Below are positions 63,392 to 64,000 of a stretch of 64,000 nucleotides of DNA, piece after piece. The stretch spans positions 62,001 through 126,000 of the forward strand of contig NIVC01002519.1 of NCBI GenBank assembly GCA_002269645.1. Reading direction: 5' to 3'. The position numbers and the translations under genes were made by a program. The number at the start of each line of letters is the position of its first letter. Within the stretch, counting starts at the first letter, position 1. The notes under the pieces are model-generated. The model was given only the letters and a program-made list of their open reading frames with translations. It was not told the DNA's origin and did no database searches. This stretch comes from Macrostomum lignano. Lineage: Eukaryota.

Positions 63392-64000
63392 GGATCTCTG
63401 ATCGGGATCTCTGATCGGGATCTCTGATCGGGATCTCTGATCGGGATCTCTGATCGGGATCTCTGATCGGGATCTCTGATCGGGATCTCTGATCGGGATC
63501 TCTGATCGGGATCTCTGATCGGGATCTCTGATCGGGATCTCTGATCGGGATCTCTGATCGGGATCTCTGATCGGGATCTCTGATCGGGATCTCTGATCGG
63601 GATCTCTGATCGGGATCTCTGATCGGGATCTCTGATCGGGATCTCTGATCGGGATCTCTGATCGGGATCTCTGATCGGGATCTCTGATCGGGATCTCTGA
63701 TCGGGATCTCTGATCGGGATCTCTGATCGGGATCTCTGATCGGGATCTCTGATCGGGATCTCTGATCGGGATCTCTGATCGGGATCTCTGATCGGGATCT
63801 CTGATCGGGATCTCTGATCGGGATCTCTGATCGGGATCTCTGATCGGGATCTCTGATCGGGATCTCTGATCGGGATCTCTGATCGGGATCTCTGATCGGG
63901 ATCTCTGATCGGGATCTCTGATCGGGATCTCTGATCGGGATCTCTGATCGGGATCTCTGATCGGGATCTCTGATCGGGATCTCTGATCGGGATCTCTGAT
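63392..64000. repeat. Perfect 13-bp tandem array (GATCGGGATCTCT), running off the window end
   Basis: About 46 apparently identical units. Confidence 0.97.

Overview
Eukaryotic (animal) genomic DNA with spliceosomal introns, GC-richer exons, and a minisatellite in many introns and gaps. A free-living flatworm such as Macrostomum is my inference, not something the sequence proves. Host genes: a + strand trio MRPL15 / ankyrin-repeat protein with a death-domain-like tail / SDHAF1 (1.7-10.7 kb), SMAD4 (- strand, 4 exons), a very acidic single-exon ORF, a disrupted PAN + C-type lectin gene, and a 17-exon SLC4A11-like transporter (- strand). Mobile DNA: a full-length but inactive LOA/R1-group LINE with a 13-bp TSD, two further LOA-like copies, a Gypsy remnant, tRNA-derived SINEs and several MITE families. 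The most unusual item is a 280-bp TIR/TSD-bounded element inside the LINE. It carries a 64-nt copy of the 28S rRNA R2/I-PpoI/Pokey target region with the cleavage site itself scrambled, next to a recursive-splice-like AG|GTAAGT on the other strand. All exon structures and alignments were done by hand and no database searches were run.
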